From Saccostrea echinata (Eukaryota), in the NCBI RefSeq assembly GCF_033153115.1, contig NW_026889771.1, positions 14,880,001 to 14,944,000 on the forward strand: DNA of 64,000 nucleotides. Reading direction: 5' to 3'. Shown here in pieces: positions 63,465-64,000 of this stretch. Positions within the stretch are counted from its first letter, which is position 1. Every line of letters starts with the position of its first letter. The notes beneath the pieces are model-generated. The model searched no databases. It was given only the letters and a program-made list of their open reading frames with translations, and was not told where the DNA came from. The position numbers and the translations under genes were made by a program.

Positions 63465-63648
63465 CATCCGATTCAGTCAATCCTGAGCCAAATGCGGCTG
63501 ATCTTTTCCTCGTCTTCCTCGTATTTCCCGTCATCATCCTGCTCTGTTCTGACAAACTCCATTCCTGTAATCACACCATTTTTTGTGATCACTTTTCTGG
63601 GGGCCAGAAATGGCAAGAATTCACATTTCTCCTCTTTGCCAATTCTAT
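63465..63648 (-). pseudogene. DPYD: DPYD exon 11-equivalent with two frameshifting deletions
   Basis: IELA(K)/[44 protein letters not shown]/../[12 protein letters not shown]|gtatgt. There is a 1-nt loss near 63635 and an ~26-nt loss near 63500, and the shifted frame hits TGA. The gene presumably continues beyond the window. Confidence 0.88.
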
Positions 63649-63769
63649 CTGGGAAGAAAATTGTATCGCCAAGTTAATAACTTGAATTAAATATCATAGG
63701 AATTGTTTCCATCTAATAACCTAGACTTTTAGTACAAACAAGCAAGATTGGGCCAAGGCAAGAAATTCA

Positions 63770-64000
63770 TAAACAACAGGCCTAGGGGCCTACAGAATGC
63801 TCACCTAATAAAAATGTACCCAAGATGCATCAACTGACAAAGTTTGATAGTTCCAAGCCGATTAGTACCTGAAATATTGAATATAAGCCATGAAATTGCA
63901 AAAGTAGATCACAGTGACCTACTCTTTGGTTGATACACTCCAAAACTCAAGATGCATCAACAGAACTTTGATGATTCTAAGACAATCAGTAATCGAAAAG
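63770..64000. mobile_element. HINE-type element end and satellite units (partial)
   Basis: aacaacaggcctaggggcct...gctcacct followed by repeated caagatgcatcaac..aagtttgat units. Confidence 0.55.

Overview
AT-rich, repeat-dense eukaryotic DNA, very probably a bivalve. The Cg170-like Helentron satellites, Penelope-like repeats and expanded B-box/NHL genes point to an oyster, but this is inference. Left third: a 14-exon + strand C1orf87-like EF-hand gene (1412-13095, about 717 aa when spliced by hand) and a two-exon basic Arg/Lys/Ser-rich orphan gene (21988-25192, with an N-gap in its intron). Right half: a tandem array of five RING-less TRIM-like genes (2 B-boxes, coiled coil, NHL propeller) on the + strand. 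Two are intact, one has a single late frameshift, one is a multiply disabled pseudogene and one is 5'-truncated. They are interleaved with degenerate, partly duplicated exons of a dihydropyrimidine dehydrogenase (DPYD) gene on the - strand, in the order 11,12,13,20,13,20,21 (human numbering), so a DPYD segment carrying a nested antisense TRIM gene appears to have been tandemly amplified. The paralogues vary mainly at predicted propeller top-face positions, show patchwork identity suggestive of gene conversion, and share a core promoter in which an ETS-like ~45-bp unit occurs 1-6 times. Many TE remnants are present (HINEs, solo LTRs, MITEs, hairpin elements, L1/Tx1, CR1-like, Penelope-like). 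All calls come from reading the sequence by eye; no database search was run.
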